Shown: positions 8,042 to 15,947 of the stretch, piece after piece
How positions within the stretch are numbered: position 1 is the first letter of the stretch
Layout of the letters: every line of letters begins with the position of its first letter
Virus record (IMG/VR): IMGVR_UViG_3300027142_000285
Coordinates: 1 to 35,001 of that record
Direction: 5' to 3' (one strand)
Source of the DNA: a virus
Lineage: Duplodnaviria > Caudoviricetes
DNA: 35,001 nt
Position numbers and translations under genes: made by a program
The notes under the pieces: model-generated
Told to the model about the DNA's origin: nothing
Databases searched by the model: none
The model's input: the letters and a program-made list of their open reading frames with translations, nothing else

Positions 8042-9046
8042 TTATGCCGGCGGTGAACCATTGTTGGCAGTAAGTAGTACCTGATTTGCAATAGTAGGTG
8101 CTGCTATAGATACAGCAGTTTCTGTTATACTGTTATATATAAAACTGCTGTCAGGTCTCACAGGAATAACATTACTTGTAGTGGTTCCACCAACGCTTTC
8201 ATCAACCGGTGGTGAGCCTGTGCCAGTGTCACCGTCATTGAAGGTTATTCTAAATCTCAATACAGCACCGGACTTAAACCCTTCGATCTTATAGTCGTTG
8301 TCTGCATATACACCAGACCCTGACTTGATAAACAATTGTCTGTACGAACTTGTTAAACTATCATAACCGCTACCGCCAGAGCCGCTTGGAGTAGGAGTAC
8401 CAGAGCTAGCAGTGAGTTCCCACTTATCAAACTTAACTGTACCAATTGCTGTTAGCAAGTTTGCCCAATCAGTATCTTTGGATCCTGAGCCGCTAGTTAA
8501 TGATGCTGTAAAACGTATTTCGCCGCCTGCATTAAAATAATAATCCATTTGTGAAACACTTGCAAATGTTGCTGTAACTACATGATAAATTGCTTGAGGA
8601 GTAGTACCTCCCCATGCAGTGGACCTAGTGCTAGTTGTTGCCGTTCCAACTGAAAGGTTTCCAACAGGAAATCCTGATGTAGCACCGTTGAAGCTTGTTA
8701 TAGCAGTAACTATACCAGTGTAGTCATTTACACCCATAAACGATCCGTTTACAGGTGTGCTACGAGCGCCAGTTGTTTGGTTAAATGTCTGAGAAGCGTC
8801 TGCTCCTACAGTGTATCCTACACTAGGAACTGCTAACGATGCATAAGCAGATCCTTGTTGGTGCACATAAGCACTTTGCGCATCAAGATATAAATCTTCC
8901 CATTGTGCTTGAGTTACCGAATCTACTGTGCCCGATAATGCAGAAGATCGCAGTGTTTGTCCATACGAAGTTAACAATACACCACTAACAGACGTCCTGA
9001 TTGAATTGTAATCAGTTGCGAATATTTTTCCACCAGTGGCTACCAT
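8042..9046 (-). CDS. Ser/Thr/Gly-rich putative virion structural protein (paralogue of 9094..9969)
   Basis: Shared motif YFNAGGEIRFTASLTSGSGSKDTDWANLLTAIGTVKF. AAGGA RBS. Lies in the tail module. Confidence 0.65.
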   Translation of the reverse strand: MVATGGKIFATDYNSIRTSVSGVLLTSYGQTLRSSALSGTVDSVTQAQWEDLYLDAQSAYVHQQGSAYASLAVPSVGYTVGADASQTFNQTTGARSTPVNGSFMGVNDYTGIVTAITSFNGATSGFPVGNLSVGTATTSTRSTAWGGTTPQAIYHVVTATFASVSQMDYYFNAGGEIRFTASLTSGSGSKDTDWANLLTAIGTVKFDKWELTASSGTPTPSGSGGSGYDSLTSSYRQLFIKSGSGVYADNDYKIEGFKSGAVLRFRITFNDGDTGTGSPPVDESVGGTTTSNVIPVRPDSSFIYNSITETAVSIAAPTIANQVLLTANNGSPPA

Positions 9047-9068
9047 CTACGTTCCTTTTTTACTTACA

Positions 9069-9097
9069 ACTTTATATATAATTTATTTTTTTGTCAA
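9069..9097 (-). promoter_or_regulatory. Putative sigma70-type promoter TTGACA-N17-TAAAGT
   Basis: TTGACA (9097-9092) overlaps the upstream TGA stop; TAAAGT at 9074-9069. The spacer contains ATAAAT. Confidence 0.55.
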
Positions 9098-9969
9098 GCT
9101 AAAGAAGTGGTGGTTGTATAAATTGGAGTGGCAACTTCTACATAAAGTCCAGTCGGTCTTAGCTGTGATATAGTACTAGTTAGAGTTCCATTTACACTTT
9201 CGTCAACACTAACGTTAGCATCGTCATTAAATTCTATAGAAAAATCAATTTTTGCAGGGTTTGACGGATTAGTTCTTGCTTTTATTGTCACATCGTTATC
9301 TGAATAAAGACCCGATCCTGATTTTACAAAAACAGTTTGATAACTTGTTGTTAAATCAAAATTTCCTATGCCTGATGCAGACCCGGATCCTGCTGTTACT
9401 GTTGTATAATTAAACTTTAAAGTGCCTATAGCAGACAACATTCCTGCCCAGTCGCTTGCCTTAGATCCAGAGGTTCCGGTGAGTGTAGCCGAAAATCGTA
9501 CTTCGCCGCCGGCATTAAAAAAGTTTCTTCTATGATTTTCTGAAGTAAATGTAGCAGAAAAGTTATGATAAATGCTCTGAGGATCTGCTGCTCCTCCCCA
9601 CTGAGTCGACCTTGCACTGGTTAGTTTAACTTCAGTGTCTGCTTGGGTTGCTTCGTAAATATCATTTTTGTTTGTGTACAGCGTGTCTGTTAGTGTACTG
9701 TATTCTGCATAAACTGTGTCTGTAATTCCGTCTGCTGATGCAACAGTTGTTAAACTGGGCAATGATCCTGTTTGGTGTACTTTAATTTTAGTTAAGTCTG
9801 TTTTAAGATTTGCCATGTGTGTTGCATTAACAGTATTACCTAATGCAACTAATCCAGATGTTAACGCAACACCATATCCAAACTGGCCGCTGCCTGTGCC
9901 TAACACAGACGAGACTTTGGCTTGTATTGCATTGTATCGTGCTGCTGTGATTATTTCACCTACGGCCAT
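9094..9969 (-). CDS. Ser/Thr/Gly-rich putative virion structural protein
   Basis: FFNAGGEVRFSATLTGTSGSKASDWAGMLSAIGTLKF. AGGAG RBS. Follows the tail-fibre genes. Confidence 0.65.
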   Translation of the reverse strand: MAVGEIITAARYNAIQAKVSSVLGTGSGQFGYGVALTSGLVALGNTVNATHMANLKTDLTKIKVHQTGSLPSLTTVASADGITDTVYAEYSTLTDTLYTNKNDIYEATQADTEVKLTSARSTQWGGAADPQSIYHNFSATFTSENHRRNFFNAGGEVRFSATLTGTSGSKASDWAGMLSAIGTLKFNYTTVTAGSGSASGIGNFDLTTSYQTVFVKSGSGLYSDNDVTIKARTNPSNPAKIDFSIEFNDDANVSVDESVNGTLTSTISQLRPTGLYVEVATPIYTTTTSLA

Positions 9970-9985
9970 TAGTAACTCCTACCTT

Positions 9986-11458
9986 TTAAACTTTCAATAC
10001 ACATTCGACTAACTTTTCGTCGTCGATGTCGTTTGATTCTAAAGCAATACCAACTAACGCAGTAGTTGCCAATGTTGTGCAAACACCAGCAGACATAGCA
10101 TACACTGGTTGCCCTTTTTTAACAGCACCTTTGACTCTAACAGGAACACGACCCTTTAATGCAATATACTGCCCTTCAGCTTCGCTGTTCATCATAATTG
10201 CCGGATTAGTAGATACGACACCTATACAGAAGTTATGAGCAGACGCTGGTTCAACTTCGTGTCCAGTATGCGAACAAACTGCAACTGCGGTTCCTGCTGG
10301 CAAATCGTTTTCTGTAGTGTACTTTTCTGCCAAGTCGGCATATCTTGCTTGTGTTGCAGTACCACTAAAGAGCACTGCTGTTAAGTTACCCGAACTATCT
10401 CTAGCAGCTATTGTATTTACTGCTGCTGCGGTAGACGCACTTCTGTATGTTCCACTTACGTTTAATGCATCTGCTTGTGTAGCTGTGCCGTTGAATGTTG
10501 TAGCATAAACATTGTTCCACTTAAGGCTCGACGACCCTAGATCGTATGCTAAACTTACGCCAGGAATAAATCCTGCTGCGGTTATATTTGCTATATTTTT
10601 TTGTATAGTGTCTCTTATATAAAACTTAATACTACTGCCTACTTGATTTTCTATAGCGCCAATAGTTCCTGATTCGATATATAATTTTAAATCGTTGCTA
10701 TCGCCTATTGTAAGACCTGCATCTGCAAACGAAACTACATCTGTAAACACTGCTTCGTCTTTTAGTAAGTAATTACTAGCGGCTTCTCCACCTAGTTTTA
10801 ATGAGTTACTAGCAGTACCCCAAATAATAGGACCGCCGACCGTGCCTGCGCCTGTTGTTGAGCCGTTAGTAGCTGCTTGTGTTGCAGTGAGTGTTAGTCC
10901 TCTTTTAACTATATCAAACCCAGTGATTGCATCTCCTGCACTGATTGTAAATTCGTCAGAGCTAATAATAAAGATAACGTCATCTTCAATAGTACCTGCA
11001 ATTACAGCATGAGATTGTGCAAATGTATCAGTTAATGCTAGACTTTGCATCTGAGTTACACCTGTACCGGCACCCTGTGGGCCAACTAGTACCCATTCGT
11101 TTGACGCATTTTTTGCAAATAATTGATTTGTTGAATTATTCCACCACAAATCGCCTTCTACTAATCCTGTAGGAGCAGTAGCACTTACTTCGCCGCCGCC
11201 AGTTGTTTTCCACTTAGATCCGTCGTATACTTTTATCTTGCTAGAGGTATTATCATACCATATCATTCCGGTTAGTGGCTTTGTCGGGGCTGACGAATTT
11301 GAAAAGTGTTCTAATAGATGTAAAAAGTTTTCATTCTGCGCTTCGCCGTATCCTGCAAAATTCTTACCTATTAGTTTTAATTCGGTAGTTTGGTCGACTG
11401 TTCCGTCCTCAACTGACGTTAACACGGTACCGTTGTATCTATTAATTATATAAGCCAT
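9986..11458 (-). CDS. Tail fibre-type protein with C-terminal peptidase-G2/intramolecular-chaperone-like domain
   Basis: N-terminal module shared with the other two fibres. C-terminal ARYADLAEKY...GVVSTNPAIMMN...IALKGRVPVRVKG. Confidence 0.75.
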   Translation of the reverse strand: MAYIINRYNGTVLTSVEDGTVDQTTELKLIGKNFAGYGEAQNENFLHLLEHFSNSSAPTKPLTGMIWYDNTSSKIKVYDGSKWKTTGGGEVSATAPTGLVEGDLWWNNSTNQLFAKNASNEWVLVGPQGAGTGVTQMQSLALTDTFAQSHAVIAGTIEDDVIFIISSDEFTISAGDAITGFDIVKRGLTLTATQAATNGSTTGAGTVGGPIIWGTASNSLKLGGEAASNYLLKDEAVFTDVVSFADAGLTIGDSNDLKLYIESGTIGAIENQVGSSIKFYIRDTIQKNIANITAAGFIPGVSLAYDLGSSSLKWNNVYATTFNGTATQADALNVSGTYRSASTAAAVNTIAARDSSGNLTAVLFSGTATQARYADLAEKYTTENDLPAGTAVAVCSHTGHEVEPASAHNFCIGVVSTNPAIMMNSEAEGQYIALKGRVPVRVKGAVKKGQPVYAMSAGVCTTLATTALVGIALESNDIDDEKLVECVLKV

Positions 11459-11486
11459 TTGTGGTTCAACCCCTTTTCAACACTAT

Positions 11487-11494
11487 TATTTACC
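11487..11494 (-). promoter_or_regulatory. Late-promoter-like box GGTAAATA
   Basis: Intergenic TAAATA variant upstream of an AGGGG RBS and the ATG at 11458. Confidence 0.45.
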
Positions 11495-11497
11495 TTA

Positions 11498-13300
11498 TTA
11501 AACGCTTGATGCTAGGTCTGACTCAAATACCCATTGATAAGATCCGTTTACAATAAAACGTTTTCTACCTCTTGTAACACTCAATGTTACACTATTTGAT
11601 CCACTGTTAAAACTAACATCTTGTAACACACTTTGGTTCTCTGTTCCATTTTTATCGACAGTCACAAACGATTTAACAACTTGAGTAGACGGATCAGTTG
11701 TTACAGAACCGCTGTAATACACAGTATGAACATACGCATATACTCCTGTTAATTTTGTAGCTGCCGGTACCAAGTCTTCCAGTACGCTTGCAATAGTGGT
11801 ATTAGTTAGTCCTGTTATGTCTAGTGACAAGTAGATGTCATTATTTTTTGTAAATTCGTCAACGTATTCTTTTGTTGCTACAGTATCTGGATCATCACTG
11901 ACATCCGGTGTACCTACTCCAATTATCTTTCTTGAATTTGAAACAGTAATATTGTCAGCACTGTTAATTGTTAAGCCGTAGGTCGTTGTTGTTAGAGATG
12001 CCGAGTTTAAATTAATGTAATCTACATCTAGGTTTGTTAACGTACCTATTTGTGTAATACCTGTTGCGCTTGTTACAGTCGAACTTAGTGTTGTTGCTGA
12101 CAGTATGTCTGCATGACCAATCTTATATGAACTACCAGTTGGAATGTTTACACTGGTTGAACTATCCCATGTGTTGTATGTATAATTCCATGTAAGAGAC
12201 TTGTCATTGCCAGTTGCTCTAACAATAATACCTGCGCCATCCAATTGAGCATCGGTTAGTAATGTACTGTCTGAGGTAAATGCTATTTCAATATGTTTAT
12301 CTTCGACTCTCAAAGTAGATATATCTAAATATGTAGTATCACCTTCGACAATTAGATCACCGCCGACACGGAGGTCTCCGTTAACATCTAGTGTGTATTG
12401 TGGTGACGATTGCCAAATACCTATTTTTGTTTCGCTGTTATCGATAGTAATTGCATCTACATAAGAAGCACCTTGTCTAACTTGTATCTTATAATCCGAG
12501 CCTGTTAACAAGTTTCTATTAACAACAGTAGATCCTTCAACCTTTATTGTAAAATCGTTGTTGAATCCTACAAATATGCCATTATCGTTTTTAACTGATA
12601 GTGTACCTGTTCCGATGTTGTTTGACGAAATTTTAAAAAAACTATCTGGAGTATAGGAATTCAAACTCGAGTCAACTAATGTAGATGTTGAGTTTGCAAC
12701 ACCTTGGAAATAGAACTCTGGATAAAACGAGCTTATGTTGATGCCAACTTCGATTGCTGATCCGAATCCCGATATTGCAACAGCTGGTTCAAAAGATTCT
12801 CTGCTAATTATTGCAACAACGGCTGCACCTACTAATAATTTTAAAATTGTTTTTAAGTTACCGTATCTATCTAGAACACTTTCTACCCTAAACCCACTCT
12901 CACCTTGTACAGAATTGTAAATCGGTCCTGCTAAAATTGTATCTGAGCCGTCGTTAAAATAAAATTGTTTGTTTGTACTATCTATCCACAAATCACCAGC
13001 TAACATAGTTGGTTGTGTTGGACTAACCAAAGTAGTATCAGTTGATCTAAACACAGTTCCGTTATAAACTTTTAATCTGCCGTCTGAAGTGTCGTACCAT
13101 ATTTGTCCTCTTAGAGGATGTGACGGAGCAGATGAGTTTGCAAAATTCTCCAGCATACGGATTAAGTTTTCATTTAAGTACTCTCCGTATCCGGTATAAT
13201 TTCTTCCAACCAAAACTATGTCAGTTGTATCTTCGTCAATTCTTCCATCCACTAGATCAACTAACAATGTTCCGTCAGTTTGATTTATTTTATAACTCAT
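11498..13300 (-). CDS. Tail fibre/baseplate-attached fibre protein, 600 aa
   Basis: Shared N-terminal module (GRNYTGYGEYLNENLIRMLENFAN...GQIWYD). Fibre-shaft motifs KIGIWQSSPQYTLDVNGDL and DTVATKEYVD. Confidence 0.75.
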   Translation of the reverse strand: MSYKINQTDGTLLVDLVDGRIDEDTTDIVLVGRNYTGYGEYLNENLIRMLENFANSSAPSHPLRGQIWYDTSDGRLKVYNGTVFRSTDTTLVSPTQPTMLAGDLWIDSTNKQFYFNDGSDTILAGPIYNSVQGESGFRVESVLDRYGNLKTILKLLVGAAVVAIISRESFEPAVAISGFGSAIEVGINISSFYPEFYFQGVANSTSTLVDSSLNSYTPDSFFKISSNNIGTGTLSVKNDNGIFVGFNNDFTIKVEGSTVVNRNLLTGSDYKIQVRQGASYVDAITIDNSETKIGIWQSSPQYTLDVNGDLRVGGDLIVEGDTTYLDISTLRVEDKHIEIAFTSDSTLLTDAQLDGAGIIVRATGNDKSLTWNYTYNTWDSSTSVNIPTGSSYKIGHADILSATTLSSTVTSATGITQIGTLTNLDVDYINLNSASLTTTTYGLTINSADNITVSNSRKIIGVGTPDVSDDPDTVATKEYVDEFTKNNDIYLSLDITGLTNTTIASVLEDLVPAATKLTGVYAYVHTVYYSGSVTTDPSTQVVKSFVTVDKNGTENQSVLQDVSFNSGSNSVTLSVTRGRKRFIVNGSYQWVFESDLASSV

Positions 13301-13551
13301 TATACAACTCCATGATAAATTATATAGTTAACAGTACCAAACGGACTAGTGAAGTATAACGGGTCGCCGACTTCTTGTGGAACTCCATCTATAGTAACTG
13401 TAGAAAATGTCTCTCCGTTAACTCCTTCAGTTCTCGGTAATCCAGACCCGGATGCACCTCCTGTTATTGACGCAGAAACTGCATCGGAGTCTGTTGCTCC
13501 TGTAACGTTTGTTAATGCATAAAACTGTGTTCGTGCTGCGGTAATTGATTT
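13300..13551 (-). other. Out-of-frame C-terminal segment of the tail-collar fibre gene (-1 frame relative to 13512..15308)
   Basis: My translation is ...TQFYALTNVTGATDSDAV...GDPLYFTSPFGTVNYIIYHGVV*. Its stop forms TAATG with the next start at 13300, and the segment has no ATG of its own. Confidence 0.88.
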
Positions 13552-15308
13552 TTAGTGATGTACGAACTTTCAGCGCCGCCGTAGTTGCCTACTGTTTCTG
13601 CTGCACCATCATTTAATATACGAGTGCCTGTAGTAGCTGATCCCAAATGTCCTAGTAGGAATCTGCCTCTAAAGTCAGGCAACTTAAACAAAGTTGTAGG
13701 TGAACCACTTACACCAAAACTTGTTCCAATTGCAGTATACAATGCACCGTATGTAGATATAGATACTTCCGATCCGTCACACAACACCCATCCTGCTGGA
13801 GCAGTCGATCCGCCAAATGGCATGATCATTCCTGGATAAAAAGTAGGAACAGTAGAAACAAAAAGCTCCTGTGATACCCTTCTTATTCCTGTACCAGATC
13901 TATATATCAGGATTTCGTCAGATGATGCTATAGTAGTAGAGGTTGACTTAGATGTAAAATATGTATCACTTAATGTTGTTGTAAATGTTTTTGTTGTGCC
14001 GCCAGTTTGACCGTCAAAAGTAAACGAAGGCGATGTAACATCACCTGTCATTGTAAATGTTGTGACAGATGCTAGTTTACCTGACGACGATGCAGACCCG
14101 CTGATGTTGCCTGTTAAGTTACCAGTGACATTACCGTAAAACCCGTTTGCATATACAAAGTTATACTTGTTAGCTGTTGTACCGATTGAACGTACACCAG
14201 ATAAATCAGGTACTATGTCGTGTGTTGTGACAGATCCGTACACATCGACATTTCCGCCTACATATAAGTTTTTAGCAATACCGGCACCACCAGCAACAAC
14301 AATTGCTCCTGAACTTATGCTTGTACTTTCTGTTGTGCTTCCTAGAACTAGGCCGCCGCTTGCTTTTATATTTCCAACTACATCTAATTGTTCAGTCGGC
14401 GATGTATTATTAATACCTACTTTTTTATCACTCTTTATACGAATTGCAGTTTCAATTGTTCCTGCATTGTTTACTCTGATGTCGATGTTTGAGCCAGTTG
14501 CTCTATGACTAATGATACCTGCACTGCCTTCTACTTGTAGTAACAGTGTCTGAGTTTCGCCAATGTCTAATCCGCTGTTGGTTCTAATTCTTAAAGGTTT
14601 TGTTAAAATGTTTTCTACATTTTTTCTAACAAACTCAGAGGCAGGAACTTTTACGCTGTCTACTATAAGATTTTCTGCTTTTTCAGCAGTACCGTAATAC
14701 TTTCCAACTGCGCCACCGAGGTTTCCACTTATGTTTACACCAGGGTAAATTGTAGAAAATCCTACAATAGTAGACTTCGGAGTAAACGTAGATGAACTTA
14801 TAATAGTTACTGCTCTGCTATCTGCGTAATTTATAATTACTGGATATTCATTGTTGTCAGTTCCAATAACTGTTTCAAATTTAGCACCGGTATTAGCACC
14901 TTCGGCGTATGTAGGACCTACTAGTATCCATCCAGATCCACTGTATAAGTAAACTTGTTGGTTAGATGTGTCTATCCATAAATCGCCTACTGTGCTGTTT
15001 GCTGCATCTGGTTCACTAACTGCTTTTTTCAGTCCGCCGGCACTTACCCACTGAGAGCCATCATACACTTTTAATTGGTCGATTCCTGATGTTGTATCGT
15101 ACCACAGTTGTCCTTCAACTGGGTTATTAGGAGGATTGTTGTTAGCAAAGTTTTCAAGTAAATGTAATAAATCCTCTATGAGAACTTTACCGTAGTCACT
15201 AAGATTACGTCCAGGAAATCCTAAACTTGTTTCTGTGTTAATTGAATTGTCTTCAACTGTAATTGAGCCTTTGTTTACGCTATCGGTAAATTCAATTTCA
15301 TATGCCAT
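13512..15308 (-). CDS. Tail fibre protein with phage tail-collar domain; frameshifted near 13525, full gene extends to 13300
   Basis: PGMIMPFGGSTAPAGWVLCDG...YGALYTAIG...FKLPDFRGRF (collar domain) and LPQHEH (HxH) just before the premature TAA. Confidence 0.88.
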   Translation of the reverse strand: MAYEIEFTDSVNKGSITVEDNSINTETSLGFPGRNLSDYGKVLIEDLLHLLENFANNNPPNNPVEGQLWYDTTSGIDQLKVYDGSQWVSAGGLKKAVSEPDAANSTVGDLWIDTSNQQVYLYSGSGWILVGPTYAEGANTGAKFETVIGTDNNEYPVIINYADSRAVTIISSSTFTPKSTIVGFSTIYPGVNISGNLGGAVGKYYGTAEKAENLIVDSVKVPASEFVRKNVENILTKPLRIRTNSGLDIGETQTLLLQVEGSAGIISHRATGSNIDIRVNNAGTIETAIRIKSDKKVGINNTSPTEQLDVVGNIKASGGLVLGSTTESTSISSGAIVVAGGAGIAKNLYVGGNVDVYGSVTTHDIVPDLSGVRSIGTTANKYNFVYANGFYGNVTGNLTGNISGSASSSGKLASVTTFTMTGDVTSPSFTFDGQTGGTTKTFTTTLSDTYFTSKSTSTTIASSDEILIYRSGTGIRRVSQELFVSTVPTFYPGMIMPFGGSTAPAGWVLCDGSEVSISTYGALYTAIGTSFGVSGSPTTLFKLPDFRGRFLLGHLGSATTGTRILNDGAAETVGNYGGAESSYITKNQLPQHEHSFMH

Positions 15309-15310
15309 TA

Positions 15311-15922
15311 TTATGCTCCATTAAAACCACTTAAACTCTGAACTCTTACAGTGTAATCTATTTGAATTAGTCTGTTTAAACTTTTTTGTACAGGATGGAA
15401 AATAACATGTGTTAAAAGTCTACCTGTACCAGTTGACGAATAACTTCTTAAACCTAGTTCATCAAACACATAAAGCTGTTCAGAACTTGCAGCCGTGTCA
15501 AACGCTTGCTGTCCATCTGGCTCGCCGTAATCAAGCAAACAACTAATAACAATATCTGTATAGTTTGTCCCAGATAAGTGTCTGATTTCTGTTTTGTTTC
15601 TTGTTGGGTCTAGGTTATTTACACTTCTGTCATCAACCACTTTTGTATAAGTTTGGTTATATAAGCTAGCATTTGTACCTGTTGCGTTAGGAGTTAGATA
15701 TGTAATAATACCTGTAGGGTCAACGCTTGTACCACCGTTGCCAAACGACATTTCATATATAAATCCTTGCCCAGCATTAGATAAACTTTCAGCTAATGCT
15801 AAACTCATATTTTCATAGTGAATAGCATTACGTTTATTGATGTATGTTTCTCCCGAAACTGGGTCAAATATTTTTATGTGTCCTTCGACATGTATTCCAT
15901 TTAATTCATTATATTGTGTCAT
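15311..15922 (-). CDS. Conserved phage baseplate/tail-associated structural protein, 203 aa
   Basis: GHIKIFD...KRNAI, MSFGNGG, FDELGL...LLTHVIF.PVQK pattern typical of fibre-attachment proteins. AGGTGG RBS supports the ATG at 15922. Confidence 0.6.
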   Translation of the reverse strand: MTQYNELNGIHVEGHIKIFDPVSGETYINKRNAIHYENMSLALAESLSNAGQGFIYEMSFGNGGTSVDPTGIITYLTPNATGTNASLYNQTYTKVVDDRSVNNLDPTRNKTEIRHLSGTNYTDIVISCLLDYGEPDGQQAFDTAASSEQLYVFDELGLRSYSSTGTGRLLTHVIFHPVQKSLNRLIQIDYTVRVQSLSGFNGA

Positions 15923-15939
15923 TCTTACCACCTATACTA

Positions 15940-15947
15940 TATTTATT
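15940..15947 (-). promoter_or_regulatory. Late-promoter-like box AATAAATA
   Basis: Overlaps the TAA of the giant gene and resembles the T4 late consensus TATAAATA. Confidence 0.5.

Noticed and set aside
3864-9617. Nested minus-strand ORFs 3864..4079 and 9426..9617
   Set aside because: Alternate frames wholly inside well-supported genes, with no recognisable motifs.
13301-13511. Apparent 210-nt intergenic gap as ncRNA or regulatory region
   Set aside because: It is coding sequence, the -1 frame C-terminus of the collar fibre.
9986-15308. Diversity-generating retroelement or invertible tail-fibre cassette
   Set aside because: No reverse transcriptase, recombinase, template/variable repeat pair or inverted gene segments were seen. 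Fibre similarity is at the protein level.
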